A program made the translations under genes and the position numbers. From a virus, in IMG/VR virus record IMGVR_UViG_3300017917_003607, positions 47,692-111,691 of that record: a stretch of DNA of 64,000 nt; one strand, written 5' to 3'. The notes beneath the pieces are model-generated. The model worked only from the letters and a program-made list of their open reading frames with translations. It was not told the DNA's origin and ran no database searches. Below, piece after piece: positions 48,288 to 58,051 of the stretch (positions are counted from its first letter, which is position 1; each line of letters begins with the position of its first letter).

Positions 48288-50138
48288 TTATCTCAATTCT
48301 CTCAAATCAAATGTTCTAACACCATCAACTGTGATTTTACCGTAGAAACGGTTGTTCACCATCTTCTTAGCGTATCTTGTCATGATACCTTTGATTGGTG
48401 TAAAGTTGAATGGGTTATACATTGTTGGAGTTAATTGTAGAGGAACATATGGTGCGTATACATAACCAGTGTCCAATAGAGAATTACCTTTGTGACCCAA
48501 CAACAATGTGTTTGGTGGGAAATAAGGGTCTCTATAAACTTGGTATCTACCTGCCAAAGTACCTACTCTCTCAATACCCATGTTGTATTGGTCCTGTTCA
48601 GGAGATGCGTTTGATACGTGGAAGTATTCCAAATCATCAAAAATAGCACTGATTTCAGAAGATACAACAATCCAGTTAGCTCCACCTCTTAAGGTAGATT
48701 TGTGGATTTGTGCTGAAATTTGGTTGATAGCAGTTATCAACGTTTGATTCCAGTCTTTTTGAGTATACTGTGTTAATGGATTAGATGAAGTACCTCTCTT
48801 CCAACCATTGTAGTCCCATCTCAAAGTCCAAGCCGCACCTTTTCTAAGGTCTCTCAAGATTTCTCTATCAATTTCAGCCGCAACTTGTTCAGACAATAAA
48901 GCTGTCAATTCAGCTTCAGCATCGATGTTATGGAACGCTGCAACGTCTTGAGCCAATTCAGGTGACCACTGAGCTCTTAATTTTCTTTCAGTTACTGAAA
49001 CAGTTACAGAATTCAAATCAAAAGAAACTTCACCGATTTGGTCTTCAAATTCCAACTCTTTGTAAATCTTGTAAGTACAAGTAAAGATGTTGTTAGTTGA
49101 TGCGATTGAGTTTGTTGTGATACCTGAGTATCCGTCTAAAGAACCAGAACCAACTGAACATGGAACTTGTGTATCAATTTCCAAATAAATGTTACCTTCT
49201 TGTGAACAAATGTTATCAAAAGTACCACCGTTACCGTCTGTTGGGAAAGTAGTTGTGTAAGGAGAACCATACTGAACAATACCCTGTCCGTATTTTTGAG
49301 TTACTACTCTAAACAACAATGGACCAGTACTCAATGAATTACCAGCGGTAGTTCCTGAGAAACCGTTACGTACTTGAGCAGCAACAGCACCAGCCGCAGT
49401 GTTTTGTTGTACAGTTAATGACGCCAAGAATTCTTCAGTATCCATTTCGTTACCGTTAGGTCCGATTAGTTTACCTTCACCTGCGGTGTTGAAACCTGAC
49501 ATAACTATCAATACTTTTCTGAATTCAGTATTTGCAGGATAACCTGAAGGTGTCAAAGTAGCTCCGTCCCATACAACAGTACAAGCTGTTACTGTTCTAG
49601 CAGAGAACTGACCTTTAGAATAGTCAAACAATCCTGGAGGGTCTAAAGTCGCCTCATTACCTTCATAAAATCTATCGTAAAGATTTTTTGTTGTACTATC
49701 ATAACCTGAATCTGGTGATGTAGGACCGTTAGGTGCTCCGTAAGGACCGTAGTGTTGTCCACCATTTGTTGGGTCAACACCACTGTTGTTACCAGTTGCG
49801 TAGTTTTGAATTTTAGGTACAAAGTAGAACAATTTACCGATAGGTAAGTTCATTGCTTGTACAGAAACGATGTCGTTAGCTAACAACTTAGAGAATACTC
49901 TTCTTACGATTGGGAATACAACCGTTTCGAAAGAACCGTCTGAAGATGTGCTAGCAGCTTCGTTTATTAAGTGTGATGCTTGGTTTTCATAAAGTTGAGC
50001 GATGTTTTCTTTAACATGACCTCTCAAACCTTCTAGGAACCCTAGCTTGTCCCATTTGTTAATAGTATCTTCTTTGATAACTTTAAGGTGCTTAAGACCG
50101 ATGTTACCAACAAGACCTGATTCTAATAATGCTCCCAT
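48288..50138 (-). CDS. gp23: Major capsid protein (T4 gp23-like) with a large central insertion
   Basis: PIVRR...ANDIVSVQAM..P.G..FY, RKLRAQWSPELAQD..AFH.IDAEAEL...L..Q...EIDREI, GYVYAPYVPL, F.P.KGIMTRY. Confidence 0.96.
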   Translation of the reverse strand: MGALLESGLVGNIGLKHLKVIKEDTINKWDKLGFLEGLRGHVKENIAQLYENQASHLINEAASTSSDGSFETVVFPIVRRVFSKLLANDIVSVQAMNLPIGKLFYFVPKIQNYATGNNSGVDPTNGGQHYGPYGAPNGPTSPDSGYDSTTKNLYDRFYEGNEATLDPPGLFDYSKGQFSARTVTACTVVWDGATLTPSGYPANTEFRKVLIVMSGFNTAGEGKLIGPNGNEMDTEEFLASLTVQQNTAAGAVAAQVRNGFSGTTAGNSLSTGPLLFRVVTQKYGQGIVQYGSPYTTTFPTDGNGGTFDNICSQEGNIYLEIDTQVPCSVGSGSLDGYSGITTNSIASTNNIFTCTYKIYKELEFEDQIGEVSFDLNSVTVSVTERKLRAQWSPELAQDVAAFHNIDAEAELTALLSEQVAAEIDREILRDLRKGAAWTLRWDYNGWKRGTSSNPLTQYTQKDWNQTLITAINQISAQIHKSTLRGGANWIVVSSEISAIFDDLEYFHVSNASPEQDQYNMGIERVGTLAGRYQVYRDPYFPPNTLLLGHKGNSLLDTGYVYAPYVPLQLTPTMYNPFNFTPIKGIMTRYAKKMVNNRFYGKITVDGVRTFDLRELR

Positions 50139-50163
50139 TTTCTTATTTTTTTAATTTTTAAGT

Positions 50164-51477
50164 TTATTTTGTTAATTTTGACATAAGGTCCTTCATTCTT
50201 AAGAACTGAGGATTTTCATATGTCTTGTTTTCAACCAAGTTAGTTGAACCTTTAGATGGTGTTCTATCTATGTTTTCAACGATAGATTCTTTAACCACTG
50301 TATTATTCTTACTTCCCAATTCATCTTTGATTTGAGTATAAAGATTTTTTGATTCCTTGATTGTTTCGACGTTATCAAAACGTCTCATGATGTTTATTTT
50401 TTCTTGTTTGGTTGTTGTATGTTCTGTGAACAATCTTGTTGCGTAAGCCAAATTAGAATTAAATACAGCTACTTCATTCAATTTTTCTCTAAAGATGTTA
50501 AGAGCTTTTCTGTATTCTTCATTTTTTAATCTCAAAACTCTAACCTCTTCTTCTAATTTTGAATTTGTAATTGTTTTCATTTTTGGAAGACCTCTTCCTG
50601 GATAATTCCTTGAACCATTACCATAAGTTCTAGCAGCCTCTTTTGTTTCAGCGTCCTTCTCATCGTCCATTTCTTCAACTTCAGATTCTTTAAATTCGCC
50701 TTTTCTAAATTTCTTAGCTTCAGGTGCTGATTTACCTTTTGGTCCTGAATGAATGTTTTCTCCTTTGAAAGATACTTTCTTAGGTCCACTACCCATACCC
50801 ATACCAACATAAGTTTTGTCTTTTGATTCCATTACACCTTTTTCGTCATCATCTTCAGTACCTTTAGAGTCATCATCGTCATCCTCATTTGACAATTCAA
50901 TTTCGTAAACGATTTCTTCATCCATTTGGTCTTCATCACCCATGGTCATTGATAAGTCAGGCTCATCACCTTCATAATCATCATCCATAGAGAATGTCAT
51001 AGAATCAGTTTGAGTCATTTTGTCAACATCAACGTCATCACCTGATTTAGCAACGATTAATCTGTCTTCGTCACCCATACCCATAACAATTTTCATGAGT
51101 TCTTCATCAGATGCTTGCGTCATGTCCAACGGTGCAAGTTCATCATCATCTTCATCACCCATTAGGTCAGTGTCATCGAGTGAAACATTAATTTCATCAC
51201 CCATGTCATCACCAACTTCTTTGGTCATGTCGATAGTCATTGAATCTTCGTCTTCGTCTTCATACATGCTCATGTGAGCATCTTCTTTCATTTCATAAGA
51301 TTCATCTTTCATCGGTTCATCTTCAGTACCTTCTTCTAAGGACTCTTTTACCAATTCTTCGATTTCTTCCTTCATAGTAGAAGCAAGTATTCCTTTTGCG
51401 TTTTCAGAAACAACATTCTCCAAATTTTTCATCTGAAGAAGAGCCTCTTCAACTAAAGATTTTTTTTCTGTATTCAT
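50164..51477 (-). CDS. Prohead core / scaffolding protein
   Basis: Very acidic, coiled-coil, directly upstream of the capsid gene; LNEVAVFNSNLAY, RFD and RMKDL C-terminal motifs; many L/I-x-E sites. Confidence 0.8.
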   Translation of the reverse strand: MNTEKKSLVEEALLQMKNLENVVSENAKGILASTMKEEIEELVKESLEEGTEDEPMKDESYEMKEDAHMSMYEDEDEDSMTIDMTKEVGDDMGDEINVSLDDTDLMGDEDDDELAPLDMTQASDEELMKIVMGMGDEDRLIVAKSGDDVDVDKMTQTDSMTFSMDDDYEGDEPDLSMTMGDEDQMDEEIVYEIELSNEDDDDDSKGTEDDDEKGVMESKDKTYVGMGMGSGPKKVSFKGENIHSGPKGKSAPEAKKFRKGEFKESEVEEMDDEKDAETKEAARTYGNGSRNYPGRGLPKMKTITNSKLEEEVRVLRLKNEEYRKALNIFREKLNEVAVFNSNLAYATRLFTEHTTTKQEKINIMRRFDNVETIKESKNLYTQIKDELGSKNNTVVKESIVENIDRTPSKGSTNLVENKTYENPQFLRMKDLMSKLTK

Positions 51478-51560
51478 TTTTTGCAATAAAAAATTTATTT
51501 TATTTTCATATAAATATGCCCAATTTGAAGAAAAGTTATTTTTGGCATACTAATAAAATA

Positions 51561-51585
51561 AAAAAACCCGATTTCTCGGGTTTTT
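51561..51585. terminator. Rho-independent terminator
   Basis: AAAAAACCCGA-TTTC-TCGGGTTTTT. Confidence 0.85.
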
Positions 51586-51611
51586 AATTTAAAGTTTTTT
51601 AGTAGATTTTA

Positions 51612-51821
51612 TTATTCAAAAACTTCGTCAATTTTACTCTCAGCTACCGAAGTGATTCTCCAATCATGTTGAAAACCTTTGAACTTGTCTGTTACTTTGG
51701 CTTCAACATCGGTTACATTGTAACCTTTAACGAGTTTTTCTTCTCTGATTTTTTTAATCTTACCTGAGTTTTCGTCAATTAAATCGTACTGTACTTTCGC
51801 TACAAAAAATTTTTCGTCCAT
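51612..51821 (-). CDS. DUF4494-like protein
   Basis: FFVAKVQY...ENSGKIKKIREEKLV...VTDVEAKV...ITSVAESKIDEV. Confidence 0.7.
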   Translation of the reverse strand: MDEKFFVAKVQYDLIDENSGKIKKIREEKLVKGYNVTDVEAKVTDKFKGFQHDWRITSVAESKIDEVFE

Positions 51822-51827
51822 AATGTT

Positions 51828-52541
51828 TTATCTATGACCCAAAAAATCGTTTAATTTATTCATTAAGTCAAGCGATTTTCCCAATCCACCATTAATAGTC
51901 GGTTCAGATTTTTTTTCTACGTCAATATTTTCATCATAAAGTTGTCTGTCACCTTTATCTAAATAAAGATAAGCCCCAGGTGTTGACGGATTCATAACTA
52001 AGTCAAAACAGATAATTTCAAAGTCTTCCTGAACTTCATTATGTTCACCTTTTTTAGCCAAAGAACCAACACCTCTAGAAGAAATACCCATTCTCACACC
52101 TTGTCTCATTAAATTTGCTGCAATGTCTCCTTTTGTAGAAACAACACCTCTTTCATGAAAACCAGGTGAAGTCAATAATCTCAGTTTACCCATGAGCACA
52201 TTGTCATCCCACCATATATCATCTATTATGTGTGAAACACGGTCTAAGTCAATTAACGAAGATTCAGGGTGATTTAATTCTGATGTTGATAAACCTTTTT
52301 GTATTAAAGATTTATATTTCTCAGCTTCTCTTTTTAGAATTTTTTCAGGATAAATTCTACCATTTCTATTTGGTACACCATATTTCTGAAGTGTGGCATA
52401 AAAAACAAATGGTTTAGAATGTTCCAATTGAGTTTTTGCTCCCCCATAATTTTCCGTTAAAGAATCTTTCCAAGAGATACTTCCAGCGTCATATTCTATC
52501 AATATACCCTTACCAAGTTCATTTGGTCCTAATATTTTCAT
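51828..52541 (-). CDS. gp21: Prohead core protease (T4 gp21-like)
   Basis: NRNGRIYP, ELNHP (His), VSH, GISSRGVGS (Ser), FDLVMNPSTPGA. Confidence 0.93.
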   Translation of the reverse strand: MKILGPNELGKGILIEYDAGSISWKDSLTENYGGAKTQLEHSKPFVFYATLQKYGVPNRNGRIYPEKILKREAEKYKSLIQKGLSTSELNHPESSLIDLDRVSHIIDDIWWDDNVLMGKLRLLTSPGFHERGVVSTKGDIAANLMRQGVRMGISSRGVGSLAKKGEHNEVQEDFEIICFDLVMNPSTPGAYLYLDKGDRQLYDENIDVEKKSEPTINGGLGKSLDLMNKLNDFLGHR

Positions 52542-52572
52542 AATTCTTTTTCATTATAAATATAAGAATTAA

Positions 52573-53019
52573 TCAAACTTTTAATTTTTCTTTTGTCTTT
52601 GAGTATTGAATTGTAAAATACTTAGAGTTAGATAATACTTTTGTGTAAACCTCTTTAATTAAATTTGACATCTCATTAGTTAATTCTTCTGATTTGAATT
52701 CTACATTTTCTTTTGTAAATAAAGTAATTTCTAAATTTAAAAACGAAGATTTTGTTAGTTTTATACCGCTAGTTCTTAAATCCATATCGACTATGAAAAA
52801 TTCTTTAAAATATTTCTTATTAACAACTTCTAAAATTTTATGTTTTATTGTCCTTGTAATTGACCCTACCGTTGTATTCCAATTATCTTTTTCCATTTTT
52901 GGTGTTACCCACGTTTGTAATACCAAATAAATTGATTTTAATTCTGTTGTGTCCACACTACCATAGTAACACTTAGCATCCCTGAATAATTCCAATTTGG
53001 ATGTTTTTCCTTTTTTCAT
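52573..53019 (-). CDS. Hypothetical protein
   Basis: 148-aa ORF; FIVDMDLRTSGI...SFLNLEITLF. Confidence 0.75.
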   Translation of the reverse strand: MKKGKTSKLELFRDAKCYYGSVDTTELKSIYLVLQTWVTPKMEKDNWNTTVGSITRTIKHKILEVVNKKYFKEFFIVDMDLRTSGIKLTKSSFLNLEITLFTKENVEFKSEELTNEMSNLIKEVYTKVLSNSKYFTIQYSKTKEKLKV

Positions 53020-53130
53020 TTTTAAATTTTTCCATTATAAAATAGTTTATTTTTTGTAAAATATAAGAAAAAAAAACTTATTAACAAATTTGAGTTTTTC
53101 TCGAGTATTTATTATCGTAACAACAAAAAT

Positions 53131-53325
53131 ATGATTGTAATTAAAATTGAAAAAGGGGAAAGTTTGGACAAAGCTTTAAAAAGGTATAAATATAAAGTTA
53201 TTAAAACCAAACAAATCGAACAATTGAGAGAAAGACAGGAATTTGTAAAAAATACGACAAGAAAAAGAGAAAAAATGAAAAAGGCTAAGTATGTTCAAAA
53301 AATTCAAGAAAGTAAATATCAATGA
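53131..53325 (+). CDS. rpsU: Ribosomal protein bS21 (Bacteroidota type)
   Basis: IKIEKGESLDKALKRYK.K...LRERQEFVK...KAKYVQ; Tyr at position 54. Confidence 0.92.
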   Translation: MIVIKIEKGESLDKALKRYKYKVIKTKQIEQLRERQEFVKNTTRKREKMKKAKYVQKIQESKYQ

Positions 53326-53336
53326 TATTTATTAGT

Positions 53337-53624
53337 ATGAAAAAACTACAAAACCTTTATTCTAAAATTACGTGGTTCGTATCTGAAGTCGGTAAAATTT
53401 ACTCAAACGAAGATTCATATTTTTCAAAAAAGAGAATTGAATCGGGTATTGCGTTTATTGTAGGTCAGTGGGGTATGATTTATTTTCTTATAAAGAATAT
53501 TGCAACAATGACCGCATCAGATGTAGCAATTTGGTCTGGTGTTGAATTTGCATTAGCTGGTTATATGATTAGCCAAATCCAAAAAGAAAAAAAGACAGAG
53601 GAACCTAAAGAAGAAAACAACTAA
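53337..53624 (+). CDS. Small two-TM membrane protein (holin-like candidate)
   Basis: Hydrophobic segments GIAFIVGQWGMIYFLI and VAIWSGVEFALAGYMI, charged C-tail; ATG at 53337 is 4 nt after a TATTTAT box. Confidence 0.6.
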   Translation: MKKLQNLYSKITWFVSEVGKIYSNEDSYFSKKRIESGIAFIVGQWGMIYFLIKNIATMTASDVAIWSGVEFALAGYMISQIQKEKKTEEPKEENN

Positions 53625-53625
53625 T

Positions 53626-53654
53626 AAAAAACCCCGACTAAATCGGGGTTTTTT
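53626..53654. terminator. Bidirectional rho-independent terminator
   Basis: AAAAAACCCCGA-CTAAA-TCGGGGTTTTTT between convergent genes. Confidence 0.9.
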
Positions 53655-53657
53655 ATT

Positions 53658-54386
53658 TTAAAGTCCTTCGGAAAGTTTTTTAAGTTTGTAATAGGATAAT
53701 GAATCTATTTCTGTCTTTTCAATCCTATTTTTAGTTTCCTGTATTTTTATTTTAGTTTCTTCGTCAGACTCTGAAATTAAATTCAATTTTGATATAATTT
53801 CATTTTTAAGTCTTTCAATACCTTCCGTCAATTCTTCTTTAGTTAATTTTAATATAGATTTTAATTCAAAAAGTTGTGACTCTGAAAGGTTAGAATATTC
53901 ATTTGAAAATGTGTCGGCAACAACACCAAACATTTTTTCTATGGGTATATTGATTGTTTCGGTTAATGTTTTTTCTTCTTTTTTACTATTTGTTAACATT
54001 TTGTGTAGTATTTTTTTAGACTCCACAAGTTTCACAAACTCTTCAGATGTTTGGGCAAAAACCAAATCATCTAAAAGTTTATAATTGTTTTCAACTGACT
54101 CATCTAAAGTCTCAACCCAATAATCAAACTCTTGGAATTGTTTTTTGTTTTCCTTAATAGTTGTTTTGATATCGTCAATAGATAGTCTTAAAAAATCGGT
54201 TGCAACATCTTCGGTCAAACTATTTATCTTCATTATTGACCCGTAGTTTAAATATATTTTAGCAACAGCTTTGTTATCTGATACAAACTCTTTGAATTCT
54301 CTAATTACTTTTTTAAATTCATCTGTTTTATAATTTGTAACCAAAGCGTTTTCAACGATTGATTTTAATAATCCAAAATTTCTCAT
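53658..54386 (-). CDS. Hypothetical head-morphogenesis protein
   Basis: 242-aa helical ORF downstream of the portal gene; TATTTAT box 4 nt upstream. Confidence 0.7.
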   Translation of the reverse strand: MRNFGLLKSIVENALVTNYKTDEFKKVIREFKEFVSDNKAVAKIYLNYGSIMKINSLTEDVATDFLRLSIDDIKTTIKENKKQFQEFDYWVETLDESVENNYKLLDDLVFAQTSEEFVKLVESKKILHKMLTNSKKEEKTLTETINIPIEKMFGVVADTFSNEYSNLSESQLFELKSILKLTKEELTEGIERLKNEIISKLNLISESDEETKIKIQETKNRIEKTEIDSLSYYKLKKLSEGL

Positions 54387-54399
54387 ATTAATAAATATC

Positions 54400-56235
54400 T
54401 TACTTATTTAATAGTTCATCAAGTTTATTTTCAATCTCAAGTAGCGACTTTCTACCTTTAGACAAATCAATCTCCTCCATACCTGATACCATGTCATTTT
54501 CTAAAATAAGATTTAAATCTTTATCTATTTTAGATTCAGGAGCCAAACCAGGTCCGCCTTCAGGAGGTGCACCTAATTCTTCACCGCCTGGAGGAGTTGC
54601 CTCTCCACCACCAATTTCAGGAGGAGCTCCACCACCAATGTCTGAAATACCTCCACCCGCACCACCTTCAGGTGCTGGCGCTCCTGCAGGTTCTTCAGGT
54701 TTTTTACCATAAAGTTTATCTATAGTATCGAATATTCCCGTGTGTATAATAACTTCAGGAGTTTTAGTTAACTCAGCACCAACAGCCTTTTCAATCCTCT
54801 GTTGTTGTAGGTCAAGTTTAATTTCTTCATCTGAAAAACCTAAAATGTGTTTTTTAGCCCAAGTTACAGACACTGGTCCAATTCCCTCAACTGCGGTAAC
54901 CGCGTCTTTATATAGTAACATTTTTTCTTTCCAAGTATCAATTTTTAACAAATCGGCCTGAGTGGACGGATTAGTTAAACCTAAGGTAAAGTTAGTTAAT
55001 TCATCTTCAAAACCTAAAATAAATAAATGAATAATTGCAATCTTATTCAATTCTTGTATCATAGATTTTTGAATCCTATTAATTGTTCTTGCAAAACGAA
55101 TATCTTGTAATGCTAAGTTTTTACCATCACCAACAACTTCTTCAAATCCCAAAAAAGCTTTAGGTACACGAAGAGCTGTTAATAATTTCTTTTGGATGTA
55201 TTCAATATCTGCGATTTCAGATAAATTTTGAGCTCCCGCCAATGTTTCAATTGGACTTGCTTGTGCTGGGTCTCTAACAGGTATAAAGAAATCTTGGTCA
55301 ACTGCCATTTGATTCATACGTAAATCTACATTACCTGTTTTAGGGTCAACAACTTGGTCCCTTTTGAATTTGTTTGCAATTCTTTGGATATATGGCTCAA
55401 CGTCCTTATCATCCATGTTACCTACAAATATTTTAAATACTCTTCTTTCAGGTGCTCTTGATGTTCTATAAATTAACATCGCGTCTTCTGAAAGTAATAA
55501 TTGTTTCCAAACCCTTCTTGCCTTTTCCAACATAGAAGTACCATAAGGAAGTTTTCTATCATCACCTAATAATCTAAAGTGGGCGACTTCCCATGTATTA
55601 AATTCCATGTCTTTAACTTTCCAAACAAATTTAAGACCTTTGGCTTCTTCTGAGGTACTATGAGCGGGTTTTACCTTCATACCCCTCTCTAATCTTTCAA
55701 TTTCTATATTTGGTAATTGTTGACAACCAACAATACCTTTTTCAGGGTCTAATTTAAGATAGACAAAGTTATCACCATATTTACAGGTATTTCTGGTCCA
55801 CATTGGTAAATTGGTGTTAATGTCCAACCTATTATTAAAGAGGTCGGCTAAAACCCCTTTTATACGTGAAGATTCAGAATAAATTTGAAGAATAAATCCA
55901 TCTTCATTAGTAGTTGTTGATTCTTCAGCGTATATGTCAAGAGCGGCTGAAATTTCAGGGGTGTATTCCATACTCTCATAGTCATAATATGAGGCCAATC
56001 TAGTTGGTTCATAATATACCGCTTGAGTATACAAGTTATTTTCAATTTTAGACCATTGTTGACCTAAATAATAACTTTGTTGGGCTTGTAGTTTTTGTTT
56101 TTCAAACTCTTGTTTATCGTCTGTTTTTAAAAGTTCTTTTTTATCGAACTTATATACTGGCGGCTGTTGACCTAAAGTTGAGTCAGGACCAAAAACTCTT
56201 GTAAGTCGTTGCCATATTGTAAAATTATCTGCCAT
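54400..56235 (-). CDS. gp20: Portal protein (T4 gp20-like)
   Basis: PEISAALDIYAEE, KYGDNF, AHFRL, YGTSMLE, EDAMLIYR.SRAPERRVF, DFFIPVR, IETL.G, DIRFARTI.RIQ. Confidence 0.95.
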   Translation of the reverse strand: MADNFTIWQRLTRVFGPDSTLGQQPPVYKFDKKELLKTDDKQEFEKQKLQAQQSYYLGQQWSKIENNLYTQAVYYEPTRLASYYDYESMEYTPEISAALDIYAEESTTTNEDGFILQIYSESSRIKGVLADLFNNRLDINTNLPMWTRNTCKYGDNFVYLKLDPEKGIVGCQQLPNIEIERLERGMKVKPAHSTSEEAKGLKFVWKVKDMEFNTWEVAHFRLLGDDRKLPYGTSMLEKARRVWKQLLLSEDAMLIYRTSRAPERRVFKIFVGNMDDKDVEPYIQRIANKFKRDQVVDPKTGNVDLRMNQMAVDQDFFIPVRDPAQASPIETLAGAQNLSEIADIEYIQKKLLTALRVPKAFLGFEEVVGDGKNLALQDIRFARTINRIQKSMIQELNKIAIIHLFILGFEDELTNFTLGLTNPSTQADLLKIDTWKEKMLLYKDAVTAVEGIGPVSVTWAKKHILGFSDEEIKLDLQQQRIEKAVGAELTKTPEVIIHTGIFDTIDKLYGKKPEEPAGAPAPEGGAGGGISDIGGGAPPEIGGGEATPPGGEELGAPPEGGPGLAPESKIDKDLNLILENDMVSGMEEIDLSKGRKSLLEIENKLDELLNK

Positions 56236-56275
56236 TATCTATTAATTATAATTCATTTGGTTTATGAATAAAGAT

Positions 56276-58051
56276 TTATCTTCTTCCACTACCGAATAAC
56301 CATAAATACTTTTCATAATCACTTTTTGTTGGGTTAGTACCAAATCTATCACCATAAGATGAAGGTGACATAACAGGTAGACTTGGGTTAAAATCTATAA
56401 CATCTTTATGGTCGTTACTATTTTGCACACTCCATGAATTCAATATTGCCTTAGTTTGTTCTGTAACTTTTTCTAATTGATTATAAGAATTTTGTCCAAC
56501 ATAAAGAGCCATTGCGATTGACATAATTAAGTCATCATGATGTCCTTTCATGTGGTCAGGTCGTCCATTTATATAAACAAAAGTGTTCATTTCACTCAAT
56601 AGTCTTGGTGAATAAACCTTAAATCCATGTCTCAAACCCTCCTCAAACGCTGAAATAATCTGAACACGTTTAGCATTAAAGTTAATACCTGGTATTTTTT
56701 CCATAGCTTTTGAGTTATATTCCCAAACATTTGCGTAGTTGACACCATCAACGTATAAATTTCTATAACCCATTTCTTGTAACTTTCTTGAGGTGGAAAC
56801 ACCCATACCTCCAGTAATATCGATTACGATAAACGCATCATAGTAAACACCCCATTTATACGCAATTTCAGCGGCAACGTCAGGTGGGATTTTTCCAAGA
56901 TATTCCGCAACTTGCTCTCTCTCATCAAAATCAATTATTTGAAATGACGTGTAATCTTCTGAGTCACCTCTTGAAACGTCAATACCCATAATATATCTAT
57001 GTCCAACTACGGGTTCTTTCCAAATCCACAATTGATTTTGAACCATCTTAGTTTGTGGTTGACAAACCATCTCAGTTCTAATTTTTTCAATAATCTTACT
57101 TTCAAAAACATTATCACCCGAACCCAAGAAATTACACTCTAATTCTTGTGAAATTTTTCTTCTATCAAATTTTAATTTCTTAGCCATTTTTTCAAACCAA
57201 TCAGAATGTGGTTTGTATCCTTGGTCCATTAATTTTTTAAACTCTTCAAAATCTCTCTCACTTTGTTGAACAGTTTCAAACGAAATTGTTTCAACATCCT
57301 TATATTCGTCTCTATTCAAATAATAATGAATAATGTCTTTAACTTTTATAAATTGTAAATCTTTTGTGTATCTTGGGTCTCTCCACCAAAACATTTCAGT
57401 AATTTTAAAATTATTCATGTTTTTTAAAGATTGGTCATAGATTGGATAATAAATCGCATCGTAACCGTTAGGTGTGGAAATAACAATAACTTTACCACCC
57501 GTAGATAGTGAAGCCATACAAGCAGCCCAAAAGTCATCACCCGCTTCAATATATGCTGCCTCATCAAATATCAATACGGTGGGGGTATAACCACGAAGAG
57601 CGTCATTAGATGTTGCAACAGCTTTAACCTCACACCCGTTTGTGAGTTTCCAATGACGAGCAGCGTTTTTCTCAGTAGAAAATTCCACACTCATCCAGTT
57701 TGGCCACTGTTCTGTAAATTGTTTTATTTTATTTGCAAATTCTACAGACGTATCAAGTTTGTTTGCAATTATTAGAATTTTTTCGGGTTTTTCTTTTTTT
57801 GCAAATGCTATTTTTTTTGAAACCCAAGCGGCGGTAACTGTAGATACACCTGCCTGTCTATACTTTAAGGCTATATTTTCCTCGTAATTTTCATAGTCTT
57901 CAACCAATGTTATTTGGTCAGCAAATAAATCTAAAGGTACAAATTTTGAAACGGTGTTATCGTAAGTTTGGAGGTATGTTCTCAGCGCGTAAGGAGTACT
58001 TTTAATACATTTGGCATACTCAATAAGGGCTTGTTCTCTTGTTATACTCAT
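56276..58051 (-). CDS. gp17: Terminase large subunit (T4 gp17-like)
   Basis: LKYRQAGVST (Walker A), LIFDEAA (Walker B), ISTPNG, QELEC.FLGSG, GIDVSRG, HDDLIMS. Confidence 0.95.
   Translation of the reverse strand: MSITREQALIEYAKCIKSTPYALRTYLQTYDNTVSKFVPLDLFADQITLVEDYENYEENIALKYRQAGVSTVTAAWVSKKIAFAKKEKPEKILIIANKLDTSVEFANKIKQFTEQWPNWMSVEFSTEKNAARHWKLTNGCEVKAVATSNDALRGYTPTVLIFDEAAYIEAGDDFWAACMASLSTGGKVIVISTPNGYDAIYYPIYDQSLKNMNNFKITEMFWWRDPRYTKDLQFIKVKDIIHYYLNRDEYKDVETISFETVQQSERDFEEFKKLMDQGYKPHSDWFEKMAKKLKFDRRKISQELECNFLGSGDNVFESKIIEKIRTEMVCQPQTKMVQNQLWIWKEPVVGHRYIMGIDVSRGDSEDYTSFQIIDFDEREQVAEYLGKIPPDVAAEIAYKWGVYYDAFIVIDITGGMGVSTSRKLQEMGYRNLYVDGVNYANVWEYNSKAMEKIPGINFNAKRVQIISAFEEGLRHGFKVYSPRLLSEMNTFVYINGRPDHMKGHHDDLIMSIAMALYVGQNSYNQLEKVTEQTKAILNSWSVQNSNDHKDVIDFNPSLPVMSPSSYGDRFGTNPTKSDYEKYLWLFGSGRR

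Noticed and set aside
10886-58051. Inteins or self-splicing introns in polymerase, terminase or capsid
   Set aside because: Lengths and motif spacing are continuous; no intein C-terminal HN-[C/S/T] block, LAGLIDADG motifs or split ORFs were seen.
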